Assembly: GCA_965287045.1 (NCBI GenBank)
Contig: OZ336886.1
Coordinates: 38,874,001 to 38,938,000 of the forward strand
DNA: 64,000 nucleotides
Direction of reading: 5' to 3'
Source: Carcharhinus amblyrhynchos
Taxonomy: Eukaryota
Position 1 is the stretch's first letter, and each line of letters opens with the position of its first letter. Below, in pieces: positions 38,326 through 52,100 of this stretch. The notes under the pieces are model-generated. The model ran no database searches and had not been told where the DNA came from. It saw only the letters and a program-made list of their open reading frames with translations. A program made the position numbers and the translations under genes.

Positions 38326-41300
38326 TAGAGAAGCATGTGAGGAGAGTGGCATGCTGAATATGGAGCAGTGCAGGAGAAGTGTGGCAAAGCCAGTATGTAG
38401 TCACGTGGAGTGAGGATGGTGATACTAATGAGGATCAGTGGGAGAGAACAGCATTTAATTGAGTGTTTAGCGGAGTCGAGGTGGTTTACCGACAAACTTG
38501 TCTAAAACATCACGGGACCAGAGAGCTGATCCCAGTGTACAGCAGTGTTTTGGTAAGAAGGTGAGCAGTGACCCCAGGGTAGAACAGCATGAGAGGATGG
38601 CGGCAAACGCAATGTAGAGCAGTGTAAGAGGGGAGTGTTGAACCCAGTGTGGAACAGCGCAGAAGAAGAGGGAGAAAACCAGCATGGAGAAGAGTGGGAG
38701 GACAGCAGTCAACCCAGTGTGGAGCAGCACAAGATGAGAGCAATGATTCCACTGTTGAGCAGCAAGATTGGCGAACCAAGTTTAGAACAATGTGTTAGGA
38801 GGATGGTGGAGCAGCAAGGGAAGGGGTGGAATCAGCAATCTAGTATGAAGCATCACAGGAGCAGAGTGATGAACCCACTTGGTGTGATGCGGGAAAAGAG
38901 CTGTGAACTCAATATAATGCGATATAGGACATAAACAATGAGTCCAGTTTCAAGTGGTGAATGAAGCAGGAGAGCAATGAACCCAAGGTGAGCAGCATGG
39001 GAGAAGGACAATGAAACCAATGCGAGCAATGCAAGAAACCAACATGAGCAATGCGAGCAGAGTATGGCAAACCGAATGTGGTGCAGTGCACGAGGAGAGT
39101 GATAAGTCCAGTCAGGAGCAGTGGAGGAAGAAAGAGCTGAACACAGTATGGACCATTGTGGGAGGAGAGTGAAGAAACCAGTGTGGACCAGTGCAAGCAG
39201 TGTGCAGTGAACCCAGTCAAGCAGTGCACATTGATGCCAAACCCAATGTGGAGCTGCATCAGAGGAGAGCAGAGATCCCAGTTTAGAAGAGTGTGGGAGG
39301 CTTCCAGTGTGGAGCAGCGCTTGAGGAGAGCAGTGAAACCCAATGGCAGCAAAGGAGCAGAGCACCAAACCCAGGGTGGAGCAGTGTGGGAGGAGCAATT
39401 ACATCGAACAGCAAATATAAGAGAAATGCATGGGACAACATCAACTTGTACAGGACCTTCTTTGATCTCACAAGAGCATTCAACATTGTCAACCCTGAGG
39501 GATTATGGAGAATTCTTTCCCATTTTGGCTGCTCCAAAAGCTTGTCACATTCTCCATCTGCTCCACAATGACATGCAAGCTTTGACCCGAACTCAATGGA
39601 TCCACCTCAGATCCAATTCACACCAATGTTGTTCTCAATCTTGCTTCCTGCAATGCTCCATCTCACCCTCAGAAAGCTTTTGCTGGCGTAGAGCTCAGTT
39701 AAAGTACAAACAAGAATGTGTTCAGTATCCAATACGTGTAGGCCTGATCTAAGGTCATTCCATCCTCTGTCATGGAACAACATAAGGGAAACCATGATTG
39801 TGTTTGTGCACAAGTTGAAGGTCAAGCTCCAAGCCATGGTCAACATCTTCACCAAGACGTATGAGAGCATGGCCTTACACTAACTATCCATAAATGGCAA
39901 AGAGAGTCGCAAACTCTAGAAATCGATGCAAAACATGAATGAGGAGCCCAGTTTGAAGTGGTGCAGCAGCAGTGTGATTAACTCAGTGTGAGCAGCATAG
40001 GAGAAGAGCAATGAAACCAGTGTGGAGCAATTTGAGAGGGCAATGATGAACCCAATATGGAGCAGTGCAGGAGGAGAATGGAAAACCCAGTGCGGCCCGT
40101 GTGCTCCGAGAGTGGTGCAACCAGTGAACAATGTGTTGGGAGGACAGTGGAGCAGCAAGGGGTGGAATCAGCAATCTAGTATGAAGCATCACAGGAGCAG
40201 AGCGATGAACCCACTTGGTGTGATGTGGGAGAAAAGAGCTATGAACTCAATGTAATGCGACATAGGACATACAGAATGAGCCCAGTTTCGAGTGGTGAAG
40301 CAGGACAGGAATGAGCCCAGTGCGAGCAGCATGGGAGAAGAACAATGAAACCAGTGAGGCGCAATGTGAGAACAGTACAGCAAGTCGAATATGGAGCAGC
40401 ACAGGAGGAGAATGATAAGTCCAGTCAGGAGCAGTGGAAGAGGAGAAGGTGAGCACAGTATGGACCATTGTGAGAGGAGAGTGAAGAAACCAGTGTAGAC
40501 CAGTACAGGCAGAGATTGATGAACCCAGTCAAGCAGTGCGCATAGATGCCAAACCCAATATGGAGCAGCGTGCGAGGAGAACAGGGATCCCAGTTTAGAA
40601 GAGTGTGAGAGACTCCCAGTGTGGAGCAACACTTGAGGAGAGACAATGAAACTCATTCAGCAGTGCAGGAGCAGAGCACCGAACCCAGTGTGAAGCCACA
40701 TGGATGCATGAAGATGAACCCAGTATTGAGCAGTGCAGCAGTATAGCAGCAAACTCAGGGTGGAGCAGAGTGGGAGGAGCAACTGCACTGAGCAGCAAAT
40801 ACAAGAGAAATGCAGGGAACGGCATCAACCCTTGTACCTGACCTTCTTTGGTCTCACAAGAACCTTCAACATTGTCAACCATGAGAGATTATGGAGTTCC
40901 TCCTCTGCTTTGGTTGCCCCAAAAGTTTGTCCCATTCTCCACCTCCTCCACAATGACATGCAAGATTTGATCCACCACAGAGCCATTCTCACCAATGCTG
41001 TTCTATATCTTGCTCCCTGCAATGCTCCATCTCACCCTCAGAAAGCTGCCACTGGAATAGAGCTTAATTAAAGTACACTATGTGCAGACCTAATCCAAGG
41101 TCATCCCATCCTCTGTCATGGAACTACATAAAGTAAACAATGCGTTTGTACACAATCGGAGGTCAAGCTCCAAACCATGGTCAACACCTTCACCAAGACA
41201 TATGAGAGCATGGGCTTTATACTAAATATCCATAAGCAGCAAAGACAGTTGCAAATTCAATAGAAATCGATACAAAGCGTGAATGAGGAGCCCAGTTTGA

Positions 41301-41591
41301 AGTGGTGCAGCAGCAGTGTGATGAACGCAGTGCGAGTGGCACAGGAGAAGAACGATGAAACTGGTGTGGAGCAATTTGAGAGGACAATGATGAACCCAAT
41401 ATGGAGCAGCACAAGAGAGAATGGAAAATCCAGTGTGAACCAGCGTGCGCCAAGAGCAGTGAAACCAACTGAGCCATGCACTATACATGTGTATAGATCA
41501 ACATGAGATGAGAGCAACAAAACCAGCTTGGAGGAATGCTGGAGAAGAGCACTGAACCCTGTGGAGCAGCGCAGGAAGAGAGCCTGAAACC

Positions 41592-42110
41592 AGTGAAAAA
41601 TATTGTTTCTTGAGTGTTACGCAGACAAAGCATACCATAAATAGAGATGGAAAGGATGGAGGAGAGTTATAGGTCAGGGCGCAGAGAAAAATCAACTATT
41701 GCGAGGGTAGGTCCATTCAAAACCTGATGGCAGCGGGGAAGATGCTGTTCTTGAGTTGGTTGGTATTTGTCCCTAGACATTTGTATCTTTCTCCCGATGA
41801 AAGAGGGTGGAAGAGAGTACGTCCAGGGTGCGTGGGCCAAGGAGATGGCAACTGCTGTGGCCGTGTTGCGGCCGTAAGCAAACTGTAGCAAATTCAATTT
41901 GGGAGGCAGAATTGATTTGTGTCATTATAACCGTTCAAAGTACTTCCAAATTATGGATGTCAGAGCCACAGTCTGATAGCCATTAAGGCATGCTGCCTGG
42001 CTTTTCTTTGCTACCTGAATCATGGTTGTCTTTTTGAAGCAGATAGGGACCTCAGATTGGTGTGAAGAGAGGTTGAAGATGTCTGCAAATGTCCCTGCCA
42101 CCTGGTCCAT
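41592..42110 (-). mobile_element. Rex1/Babar fragment, copy 3 (larger deletion)
   Basis: DQVAGTFADIFNLSSHQSEVPICFKKTTMIQVAKKSQAACLNGYQTVALTSIIWKYFERL. Confidence 0.85.
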
Positions 42111-45100
42111 GGAGAGAAGCATGGGAGGAGAGTGGCATGCCGAGTGTGGAGCAGTGTGAGACTTGTGGCAAACCCATTATGTAGTAGTGAGGAATGGTGA
42201 TTCTAATGAGGATCAGTGGGAGAGGAGAGTGTTTAACCGAGAGTTGAACAGAGTGGGGTGTTTAATGACAACCTTATGTAATGCAACGTGGGACCAGAGA
42301 GCTGATCTCAGTGTACAACAGTGTTTTAATAAGAAGGTAAGTAGTGATCTCAGGGAAGAACAGCATGAGAAGACAGTGGCAAACGCACTGTGGAGCGCTG
42401 TGAGGAGTGCTGAACCCAATGTGGAACAGCACAGCAGAAGAGGGAAACGTGCATGGAGAAGAGCGGGAGGATAGCAACCAACCCAGTGTGGAGTAGCACA
42501 AGAGGAGAGAAATGAATCCAGTGTGGAGCAGCGAGATTGGCCAACCAAGTGTGGAACAATGTGTTCGGAGGACAGTGAAAGCAGTGTGGAGCAACGCGGG
42601 TGGAATCGGCAATCTAGTATGAAGCATCGCAGGAGCAGAGCAGGGAACCCAGTATGGAGTGAAGTGGGAGAAGAGCTGTGAACTCTTATAATATGATGTA
42701 GGATATCACTGACACGCCCAGTTTTAAGTGGTGAAGCAGGAGAGAATGAACCCAGTGTTAACATCACAGGAGAAGGGCAATGAAAGCAGTGTGGAGCAAT
42801 GCGAGAAGAATTCAGCAAATCGAATATGGAGCAGGACAGGAGGAGAATGATAAATCCAGTCTGGAGCAGTGGAGGAGAGAGGTGAACAGAGTATGGACCA
42901 TCGTGGGAGAAGAGTGAAGAAACTAGTGTGGACTAGTGCAGGCGGAGTGCGGTGAATCCAGTCAAGCAGTATGCACGGATGGCAAACCCAGTATGGAGCA
43001 GCATGTGAGGAGAGCGGAGATTGCTGTTTAGAAGAGTGTGGGAGGAGTTGGGGGCGATCCCAGTGTGGAGCAGCACAGGAGAAGATCGGTGAAACTCAAT
43101 GCACAGTGCAGGAATAGAACACCGAACACCATGTGGAACCTTGTGAATGGATAATGGCGAACCCAGTGTTGAGCAGCACAGCAGTATTGCAGCAAACCCA
43201 GGGTGGAGCAGTGAGGGAGGAGCAACTACACAGAGCAACAAATACAAGAAAAATGGAGGGAACAGCACCGACTCTTGTACATGGTCTTCTTCGATCTCAC
43301 AAGCGCCTTCAACATTGTCAATCCTGAGAGATTATGGAGCATCTCCTCCATTTTGGCTGTCCCAAATGTTTGTCACCATTCTCTACTTGCTCCACAAATC
43401 AATGGTTCCACCACAAATCAGTTCACATAAACGCTGTTCTCAATCTTGCTTCCTGCATTTCTCCACCTCACCCTCAGAAAGCTACTAGTGAAATAGAGCT
43501 CAAAGTACAAACAAGAATCTGTTCAGCATCCAATACGTGCAGGGTTGATCCAAGGTTGTCCCATCTTCTTTTATGTAACTGCATAAAGCAAACAATGATT
43601 GCAAAGAAGCCTGTGTGGATCAGTGCAGGCAGAGAGTGATAAAACCAGCCGATCAGTGCACAAGGATGGCAAACCCAGTATCAAGATACCAAGGAGGAGA
43701 GAAGAGATCCTAGTTTAGAAGTGAATGCGAGGAGGCGGAGGGTCAATCCCAGTGTGAAGCAGCACAGAAGGAGATCAATGAAACCCATTGAGCAGCGCAG
43801 GAGCAGAATGCCAAACCCAATGTGGAGCCATGTGGATGCATGACAATGAACCCAGTGTTGAATAATTGACAACAAAGCCTTGGAAAATGTGGACTACTTT
43901 CCATACCCGTTGTCAATAAGGGCAGACACAAGGACAAGCTTGAACACTAGAACACAGCATGTCAGCACAGCCTTCAGTCACCTGAGGAAGTGTTTGAAGA
44001 TCAGTACCTCAGACCCAGAACAAAATTCATGATTTACTGATACCTCCCCTTCATATGGGACTTGGAGAAGTGGGCATGTATAGCAGCCAAGTCACAAACT
44101 GGAGAAGCATCACGAGTGCTGCCTCCACAAGATCCTGCAGATCCATTGGCAGCATAGGCCCATCTGTAAGTGTTCTTGCTCAGATCAATCTCCTGAGGAT
44201 TGAAGCATTGACCATGCAGATTCAGCTCTGTTGGGCTGGCCACATTATCCATGTATCTGAGAGGAGACACCCAAAGCAAAAGTTGTACTTGGATCTTCGA
44301 TATAGCAAGTGTGCCCCAAGAGGGCAGAGACAATGTTTCAAGGACACCTCTGAAATCTCCTACAAACTTACAACATTACCACTGACACTAAGGAATCCAG
44401 TATCCAAGATCGTCAGAAGTGGATGAAAATCATCTGAAAAAGAGCTGTAGATCTTGTTCTTCATCACTGAGAACAAATGGAAGCAGAAAATACTGTAAAA
44501 TCTCAGCAGGTCTGACAGCATTTGTGGAGAGATAACAGAGTTAATGTTCTGAATTATAGATGCTGAGATTTTACAGAATTTTCTGTTTCAGATTCCAGCA
44601 TCTGCAGCAATTTGCTTTTATTTCAGTGTAAAGCAGTGAGGGAGGTTTGCGGTAACCTGTATGAATCATGCGGGCGGAGATGGTGAACAATGTGAGATGA
44701 AGATGGTAAACCCAGTGCAAAAGGAGAGTTTTGAATGCAGTGTGGAGCAGTGTGTCAGGAGAGGGAGTAGACCTGTGTGGATTAGTATGGGAGGAGAGTG
44801 ATTAAGCCAGTATAGATCAGCACGATAGAAGGCAGTGAACCCAGTGTGGGCCAGCAGAAGAAGTGAGAGGTGAATCCAATGGGGAGCAGCAGAGGACAAG
44901 ATTGTCCTAATGTAGAACAACAGGCTAGGAGGGCGGTGAGTCGTCTGTGAAGCAGGACAGGAGGAGGACAATGAACCCAGTGTGGAGCAGGTAGTGAGGA
45001 GGACAGCGATCCCAGTGTGGAGCAGCCCAGGCAGAAACAGCTGCCACAGGATAAAGCAGTGAGGGAGCAGAGCGGGGAATCCAGTGTAGAGTGGTGTGGG

Positions 45101-45962
45101 GGAGAGCTGCAAACTCCATATAATGCAATACTGGACGTGAATGATGAACTCAGTTTCAAGTGGTTCAGTAGGAGAGCTATAAACACAGTCCAAGCAGCAC
45201 AAGAGAAGAGCGATGAAACTGGTGTGGAGCAATGCTAGAAGAATATGTAGAATCAAATATGGAGCAGCACAGGAGGAGAGATGTGGACGCGGTATGGAGC
45301 AGTGGAGAACACTATGTGGAGCAGCTTGGGAGGAGAGCAACGAAACCTGTGTGGCCCAGTGCAGGCAGAGTAAGGTGAACCTAGTCAAGTTGTGCCATGG
45401 ATGGTGAACCCTGTGGGGTTCACTGGGGGGGAGAATGATGAAATATATGTGGAGCAGCAAGGGAGGGGCGCTGTGAACCCAGTGTGGAACAGTGCTTGGG
45501 GTGGCGAACCCAGTGTAAACCAGCAACAGAAAATGCTGGAAAACCTCAGCTGGTCTGACAGCATTTATGGGAAGAGAACAGAGATAGCATTCTGTGTCTG
45601 GATGCTGTGATTTTCCAGCATTTTCTGTTTTTGTTTCAGAATCCAGCATCTGCAGGAATTTGCTTTTATCCCAGTTTAAAGCAGTGGTGTGGAACAGTCC
45701 GGGTGGGGAGCGGCAATCCCAGGGTAGAACAGCACGAGAGGAAGACGGGGAACCCATTGTGGTGCAGTGCAAAAGGAGAGGGAACCCAGTATGGAGCAGA
45801 TCAGAGGGGACAGCAGTGAATCCAGTGTGGAACAGCAACAGAAAGCAATGAACTCAGTGTGGATCAGCACATAGAGAGCAGCGAACCCAGTGTGGATCAG
45901 TGCATAGAATAAGAAGTCTGACAATACCAGGTTTAAGTCCAACCGATTTATTTGATAGTAAA

Positions 45963-46000
45963 CTCACATGCTTTCGAGGTTTGCCCCTTCGTCAGGTGAA
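45963..46000 (-). ncRNA. Minimal type I hammerhead ribozyme motif (mutated at the cleavage triplet)
   Basis: The minus strand reads ttcac-CTGACGA-a-gggg caaa cctc-GAAA-gca-t-gtgag. Confidence 0.6.
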
Positions 46001-46214
46001 TGGAGAGTACTGGCCTCAGACAGAGCATATGACAGCACAGACAGTTTACAGATTACTGATTAGAATGCGAGTCTTTACAACTGACCTGCTATTCAAGTCT
46101 TAAAGAGACTGACAATGTGAGTGGAAGGAGCATTGAGCACAGGTTAAAGAGATGTGTATTGTCTCCAGACAGTACAGTAAGTGAGGTTTTGCAAACCCAA
46201 GCAAGTCATGGGGG

Positions 46215-47210
46215 TTACAGATACTGTGACATGAACCCAAGATCCCTGTTGAGACCATCCTCATGTGTGCGGAACTTGGCTATCAGTCTCTGCTCAGCGA
46301 CTCTGTGCTGTTGTGTGTTGTGAAGGCCGTCTTGGAGAATGCTTACCCGAAGGTCAGAGGCCGAATGCCCGTGACCACTGAAGTGTTCGCCAACAGTCGA
46401 GCAATGTTCATTCATCCATTGTCGTAGTGTCTGCATGGTCTCCCCAATGTACCATGCTTCGGGACATCCTTTCTTGCAGTGTATTAGGTAGACAACGTTG
46501 GCTGAGCTGCAAGAGTATGTACCGTGTACTTGGTGGATGGTATTCTCATGTGTAATGTCATCCATGTCGATGATCCGGCATGTCTTGCAGATGTTGCTGT
46601 GGCAAGGTTGTGTGGTATTGTGGTCACTGTTCTCCTGAAAGCTGGATAGTTTGTTGTGAACAATGGTCTGTTTGAGGTTGTGCAGTTGTCTGAAGGCAAG
46701 AAGTGGGGATGAGGATGGCCCTGGCGAGATGTTTGTCTTCATCAATGATATGTTGAAGACTCTGGAGAAGATGTCGTAGCTTCTCGGCTCTGGGGAGTAC
46801 TGGACGACGAAGAGTACTCTGTCCACCGTGTCTGGTGTTTGTCTTCTGAGGAGGTCAGTGCTGTTTTTCGCTGTGGCCCATTGGAACTGTCGATCGATGA
46901 GTCGAGCGCCATATCCTGTTCTTATGAGGGTATCTTTCAGCTTCTGGAGGTGTCTGTCACGATCCTCCTCATCTGCGCAAATCCTGTGTATACAGAGGGC
47001 TTGTCCATAGGGGATGGCTTCTTTAACGTGTTTAGGGTGGAAGCTGGAGAAGTGGAGCATTGTGAGTTTGTCTGTGGGCTTGCAGTACAGTGAGGTGCTG
47101 AGGTGATCATCCTTGATGGAGATGTGTGTGTCCAAGAATGCAACCAAATCTGGAGAATAGTCCATGGTGAGTCTGATGGTGGGGTGGAACTTGTTGATAT
47201 CATCATATAG
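46215..47210 (-). pseudogene. Penelope RT C-terminus/thumb plus GIY-YIG endonuclease (truncated, likely locally frameshifted)
   Basis: INKFHPTIRLT, AFLDT, LYCKPTD, HFSSFHPKH, IPYGQALCIHRIC, the linker PCHSNICKTC, the GIY-YIG motif NVVYLIHC...WYIGET, and EQRLIAKFRTHEDGLN. Confidence 0.93.
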
Positions 47211-47484
47211 TTCCACACACATGAGGACGGTCTTAACAAGGATCTTGGGTTCATGTCACACTACCTGTAACCCCCATGACTTGCCTTGGTTTGCAAAACC
47301 TCACTTACTGTACTGTGTGGAGACAATACACATCTCTTTAACCTGTGCTCCATGCTCCTTCCACTCACATTGTCAGCCTCTTTAAGACTTGAATAGCAGA
47401 TCAGTTGTAAAGACTCACATTCTAATCAGTAATCTGTAAACTGTCTGTGCTGATACGTGCCCTGTCTGAGGCCAGTACTCTCCA

Positions 47485-47522
47485 TTCACCTGACGAAGAG
47501 ACAAACCTCGAAAGCTTGTGAG
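47485..47522 (+). ncRNA. Minimal type I hammerhead ribozyme motif
   Basis: ttcac-CTGACGA-a-gag acaaac ctc-GAAA-gct-t-gtgag. Stem I is ttcac/gtgag and stem III is the palindrome aagctt, as described for Penelope hammerheads. Confidence 0.7.
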
Positions 47523-47613
47523 TTTACTATCAAATAAATCGGTTGGACTTAAACCTGGTGTTGTCAGACTTCTTACTGTGTTTACCCCAGTCCAACACCG
47601 GCATCTCCACATC

Positions 47614-47785
47614 ATCAGTGCATAGAGGGCAGTGAACCCAGTGTGGATCAGAGCATAGAGAGCAGTGAACCCAGTGTGGATTAGAGCATAGAGAGCAGTG
47701 AACCCAGTGTGTATCAGCGCATAAAGGGCAGCAAATCCAGTGTGGATCAATGCATAGAGAATAGTGAATCCAGTGTGGATCAGTG
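47614..47785 (+). repeat. Locally homogenised 33 bp tandem array (continues at 45853-45908 on the other side of the Penelope insertion)
   Basis: (cccagtgtggatcagagcatagagagcagtgaa)n, which translates as ALIHTGFTALY repeats. Confidence 0.9.
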
Positions 47786-48630
47786 TGACAGGATTTGGCA
47801 AAACCATTGTGGAACAACACGTGAGAGGTGAATCCAGTGTGGAGCAATATGGGAGGAGAATGTCGTAATCAGTGTGGATCATTGTGAGAGGAGACGGCGA
47901 ACCCAGTGTACAGCAGTGCAAGGAGTGAGAGACGAATCCAGTGTGGAGCAACAGGGAGCAAGATCGTGCCAATCCAGTGTAGAACATGTTAGGAGGTCAG
48001 CAAACACTCTGGAGGAGGACAGGTGGACAGCAAACCCAATGCGGAACAGCATGGAAAGAATTGGCAAATCCAGGATAAAACAGTGCGGGAGCAGAATTTG
48101 GAACCTAGTATGAGTGGTGCGGGGGAGCAAAGCACCAATCTCAATATAATACAGTGCAAGACGTGAATGACAGGCAGTTTCAAGCAGTGCAGTAGGTGAA
48201 AGGTTTTCCAAGGTGGCTTCAGGGCACAGCAACTTCTTGCAAGTTGTGCCTAGCCCCTCTTTTACTCTCATTCTATATTTCTAAAACTTCATTCTAACTC
48301 TTTTAAGCTAAGTTAATCTTTCCCTACACTCTAGCTATGACTGAAAACTGTAGTCTGCACCCTCCCTCCTTTGCTTCTTTGTGTACAGTATGCTTTGTCT
48401 GTATAGCGAGAAAGAAACAATACTTTCACTGTATACTAATACATGTGATAATGATAAATCAAATCAAAGATGAAACCAGGTGAGAGCAGCTTAGGAGAAG
48501 AGTGATGAAACTAGTGCGAAGCAATTTGAGAGATGGATAGTGAACCCAATATAGAGCAGCACTGGAGGCAATGTAGAGCAGTGTGAGTGGAGAGCATTGG
48601 ACCCAGTGTGGGACAATGGGACAATGCAGC

Positions 48631-49113
48631 AGTATTTCATAACTTATCTCCATGTCATGTCTATACCCTAGTAAACACCAAAGCAAAATACTTATCTAAT
48701 ATTTCTGCCATGTCTCTGTTGTTACTTTTGCTATTGTCCTGTCTATTCTTGAACGATCATATTCCTATTCCAGCCTTCTTTCTCCTTATTGATGTGCCGA
48801 TAAAATATTTATTATTTCATTTTATGACCCTTGAAATTTGATCTCATAGTTTCTCCTTGCCTTTGTAATTGTTTTTTTGAATTCTCTCCCAATCTCTTCA
48901 TATCCTCTATTATCATGGGCTTCTCTGCAGTCTATGTACTTGCTTTTTCCTCTTTCCTAATCTCCAATGTTCCTCATATTGTTATTCATCAATGGAGATT
49001 CACTTGTGTTCAATTTCTTTATTCTTTTGCTGAATATATTTCTCCTGCTCTTTGTTGAACCCTATTTTAAATGTGTCCCATTGTTGTTCCACATTGACGT
49101 TTGTGAATATTGT
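48631..49113 (-). mobile_element. Old CR1 ORF2 internal fragment, copy 4
   Basis: NVEQQWDTFKIGFNKEQEKYIQQKNK (CR1 tether-like) and MAEILDKYFALVFT. Confidence 0.7.
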
Positions 49114-52100
49114 TGCCCATTGTGGTGCAGTGCAGGGGGAGGGCAGTGAACCCAATGTGTAGCAGTGTGTGGCATGGTGGGGGGTGGGGGGAGGAGTGAC
49201 AAACCCAGCATATAGCAAAACCAGAAAATGCTGGTAAATCTCAGCATGCCTGACAGCATTTATGGAGAAAGAACAGAGTCAACGTTCTGTGTCTGGATGC
49301 TGAGATTTTCCAGCCCTTTCTGTTTCAGCCTCGACAGCAATTTGCTTTCATCTCAGTTTAGATGTGTATGCCAAACGCAGTGTGTAGTAGCGCGGAATGA
49401 AGACGGTGACCCTAATGAGGATCGGTGGGCGAGGAGAGCGTTTAACCAGGTGTTGAGCGGAGTGGGGGTTTCAGTGGTGACGCGGGATCAGAGAGTTGAT
49501 CCCAGCGTACAACAGTATTTTAGTATGGAGGTGAGTATTGATCCCAGGGCAGAACAGCATGAGAGGATGGTGGCAAACGCAGTGTGGAGCAGTTTGAGAG
49601 GGAGTGCTGAACCCAGTATGGAACAGCGTAGCAGAAGAGAGAGGAAACCAACATGGAGAAGAGCAGTCGACAGTGATCAACCCAGTGTGGAGCAGCACAA
49701 GGGGAGAGCAGTGAATCTTTGTTGAGCAGCAAGATTGACAAACCAAATGTGGAAAAATGTTTTTATCCGGAAGGCGAACTCAGTGTGGAGCAGCATGGGT
49801 GGAATCGGCAATCTAGTATGAAGATTCGCAGGAGCAGAGCAGTGAACCCAGTATTGTGTGATGCAGAAGAAGAGCTGGAAACTCAACATAATGCAACGTA
49901 GGACATAAACGACGAGCACAGTTTTGAGTGGTGAAGCAGGATAACAATGAACCCAGTGCAAGCAGCACGGGAGGAAAACAATGAAACCAGCGTGGAGCAA
50001 TGCGATAAGACTCTGGCAAATTGAATATGGAGCACGCAACAGAATAATAAATCCCAGTCAGGAGCAGTAGAGGAGGAGAGAGGTGAACACAGTATGGACC
50101 ATCATGGGAGAAGAACGAAGAAACCGGTGTGGCCCAGTGCAGTGTGCGGTGAGCCCAGTTGGGCAGTAAGCATGGATGGCAAACACAGTATGGAGCAGAG
50201 GTGAGAGGAAAGTGGAAGATCCCTGTTTAAAGAGTGTGGGAAAAGATGGACGGGTGATCCCAGTTTGGCCTGGGCATGAGGAGATCTGTGAAACCCATTG
50301 AGCAGTGCATGAGCGAAGCGTCAAACCCAGTGTGGAGCCATGTGGATTCATGATGAAGAACCCAGTGTTGAGCATCACAGCTGTATCGCAGCAAACTCAG
50401 GGTAGGGCAGTGCAAGAGGAGCAAGTACAAGAGAAGTACAGGGAACAACACCAACCCTTGCACATGACCTTCTTTGATCTCTCAAGAACCTTCAACTTTA
50501 TCAACCCTGAGAGATTATGAAGCACTCTCCTCCATTTTGGCTGCCCCAAAAATTTATCCCCATTCTCCACCTGCTCCACTATGACGTGCAAGCCGTGATC
50601 CTGATGAATGGATCCACCGCAGATCTGATTCACACCAACGTTGTTCTCAATCTTGCTCCCTGCAGTGCTCCATCTCACCCTCAGGAAGCTGCTGCTGGAG
50701 TAGAGTTCAAAGTACAAACAAGAATCTGTTCAGCATACAATACATGCAGGCCTGATCTAAAATCATCGCATCGTCCATCATGGAACTGCATAAGGTAAAT
50801 GATGATAGCGTTTGTGCACAATTGGAGGCCACGTTCTAGACATGGTCAACACCTTCACCACGAAGTACGAGAGCATGGACCTTATACTAAATATCCATAA
50901 GCGGCAAAGAGAGCCGCAAACTCTGTGATGCAAAATGTGGATGAGGAGCCCAGTGTGAAGCAGTAGGAGTTTGATGAGCTCAGTGTGTGCAGCACAGGAG
51001 AAGAACAATGAAACCAGTGTGGAGCAATTTGAAAGGACAATGATATGGAGCAGTGCAGGAGAAATGTGGTAAACACAGTGTGGACCAGCGTGGGCCATGA
51101 GTGGTGAACCCAGCCGAGCCATGTGCATGGATGGTGAGCCTGGTATAGAGCAGTGTGGGATGAGAGTGATGAAATCTGTGTGGAGCAGTGCAAGAGGAGA
51201 GAGATGAAATCTGTGTGAAGCAGTGCCAGAGAAGAACACTGAACCCCATGGAGCAGCTCAGGAAGAGAACTGTGAACCAGTGTTGATCAGCAGAAGAGGA
51301 GAGCCTGAACCCAGTATGGAGCCATGTGGGAGAATAGTGATGACCCCGATGTGGAGTAGTGTGGGACGAGAGCCGTGATGCCAGGGTAGAACAATGTAGG
51401 AGAAATGCAGCGCAGACAATGGTCCTCTTCCAACCTGCCCTCATCACACAGAAATGCCCCATCACACCGGTTATCAAAATCGACAAAATGTCTTGGAAAT
51501 GTGGACTGCTTTCCATACGCTGGGAGCCCACAAGGGCAGACAACAATGAGGTTCAGTGTGCCAGCACAACCTTCTGTCGCCTGAGGAAGCGCTTGAAGAT
51601 TAGGAACTCAGACACTGCATAAAGCTCATGGTCTAGAGGGCAGTAGTGTTAGCACCCTCTTATATGGCCCAGTGACATGGACTCTGTACAACAGGCACCT
51701 CAAAACCCTGGAGAAGTAGCACCAATGCTGCCTCTAGGAGATACTGCAAATCCATTGGCAGAATAGGCACACAACGTTAGTGTTCTAACTCAAAGCGTCG
51801 AAGCATTGATCATGCTGAGTCAGCTTTGCTGGGCTGGCCATATCGCCACATGTCTAACATGAGACACCCAAAGCAAATGCTGTGTTTGGAGCTTCGATAC
51901 AGCAAGCAAGCCAAAAGAGGACATTGAAAATTCATTAATACCCTGAAAACTTCCTCAAAACTTAAAACATTGTCACCAACACCAGGGAATCCCATGCCCA
52001 AGACCGCCTGAAGTGGATGAAAAGCACCTGAGAAGGAGCTGAACACCTTGATCTTCATCACCAAGAGCAGGTGGAAGCTGAGCAGTGTCAGGGAAAGGAG

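Larger units (their letters stand above)
45910..47613 (-). mobile_element. Penelope-like element (GIY-YIG endonuclease type), 5'-truncated, with inverted pseudo-LTR arms and a 13 bp TSD
   Basis: Arms 45910-46276 and 47209-47575 are reverse complements (367 bp each). The flanking direct repeat atcagtgcataga lies at 45896-45908 and 47614-47626. An internal RT/GIY-YIG ORF is present. Confidence 0.95.

Noticed and set aside
44666-45838. 390 aa His/Cys/Leu-rich ORF, and similar ORFs at 58661-59617, 26392-27051, 25019-25669 and 33288-33935
   Set aside because: The 33 bp monomer is stop-poor on the minus strand, so overlapping frames are all open. Some of these ORFs run straight through hairpin and SINE insertions, and paralogous blocks do not keep the frame.
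47614-47900. Repeated IHTG/LHTG peptides resembling C2H2 zinc-finger linkers
   Set aside because: The period is 11 aa rather than 28, with no CxxC...HxxxH spacing and no HTGEKP.
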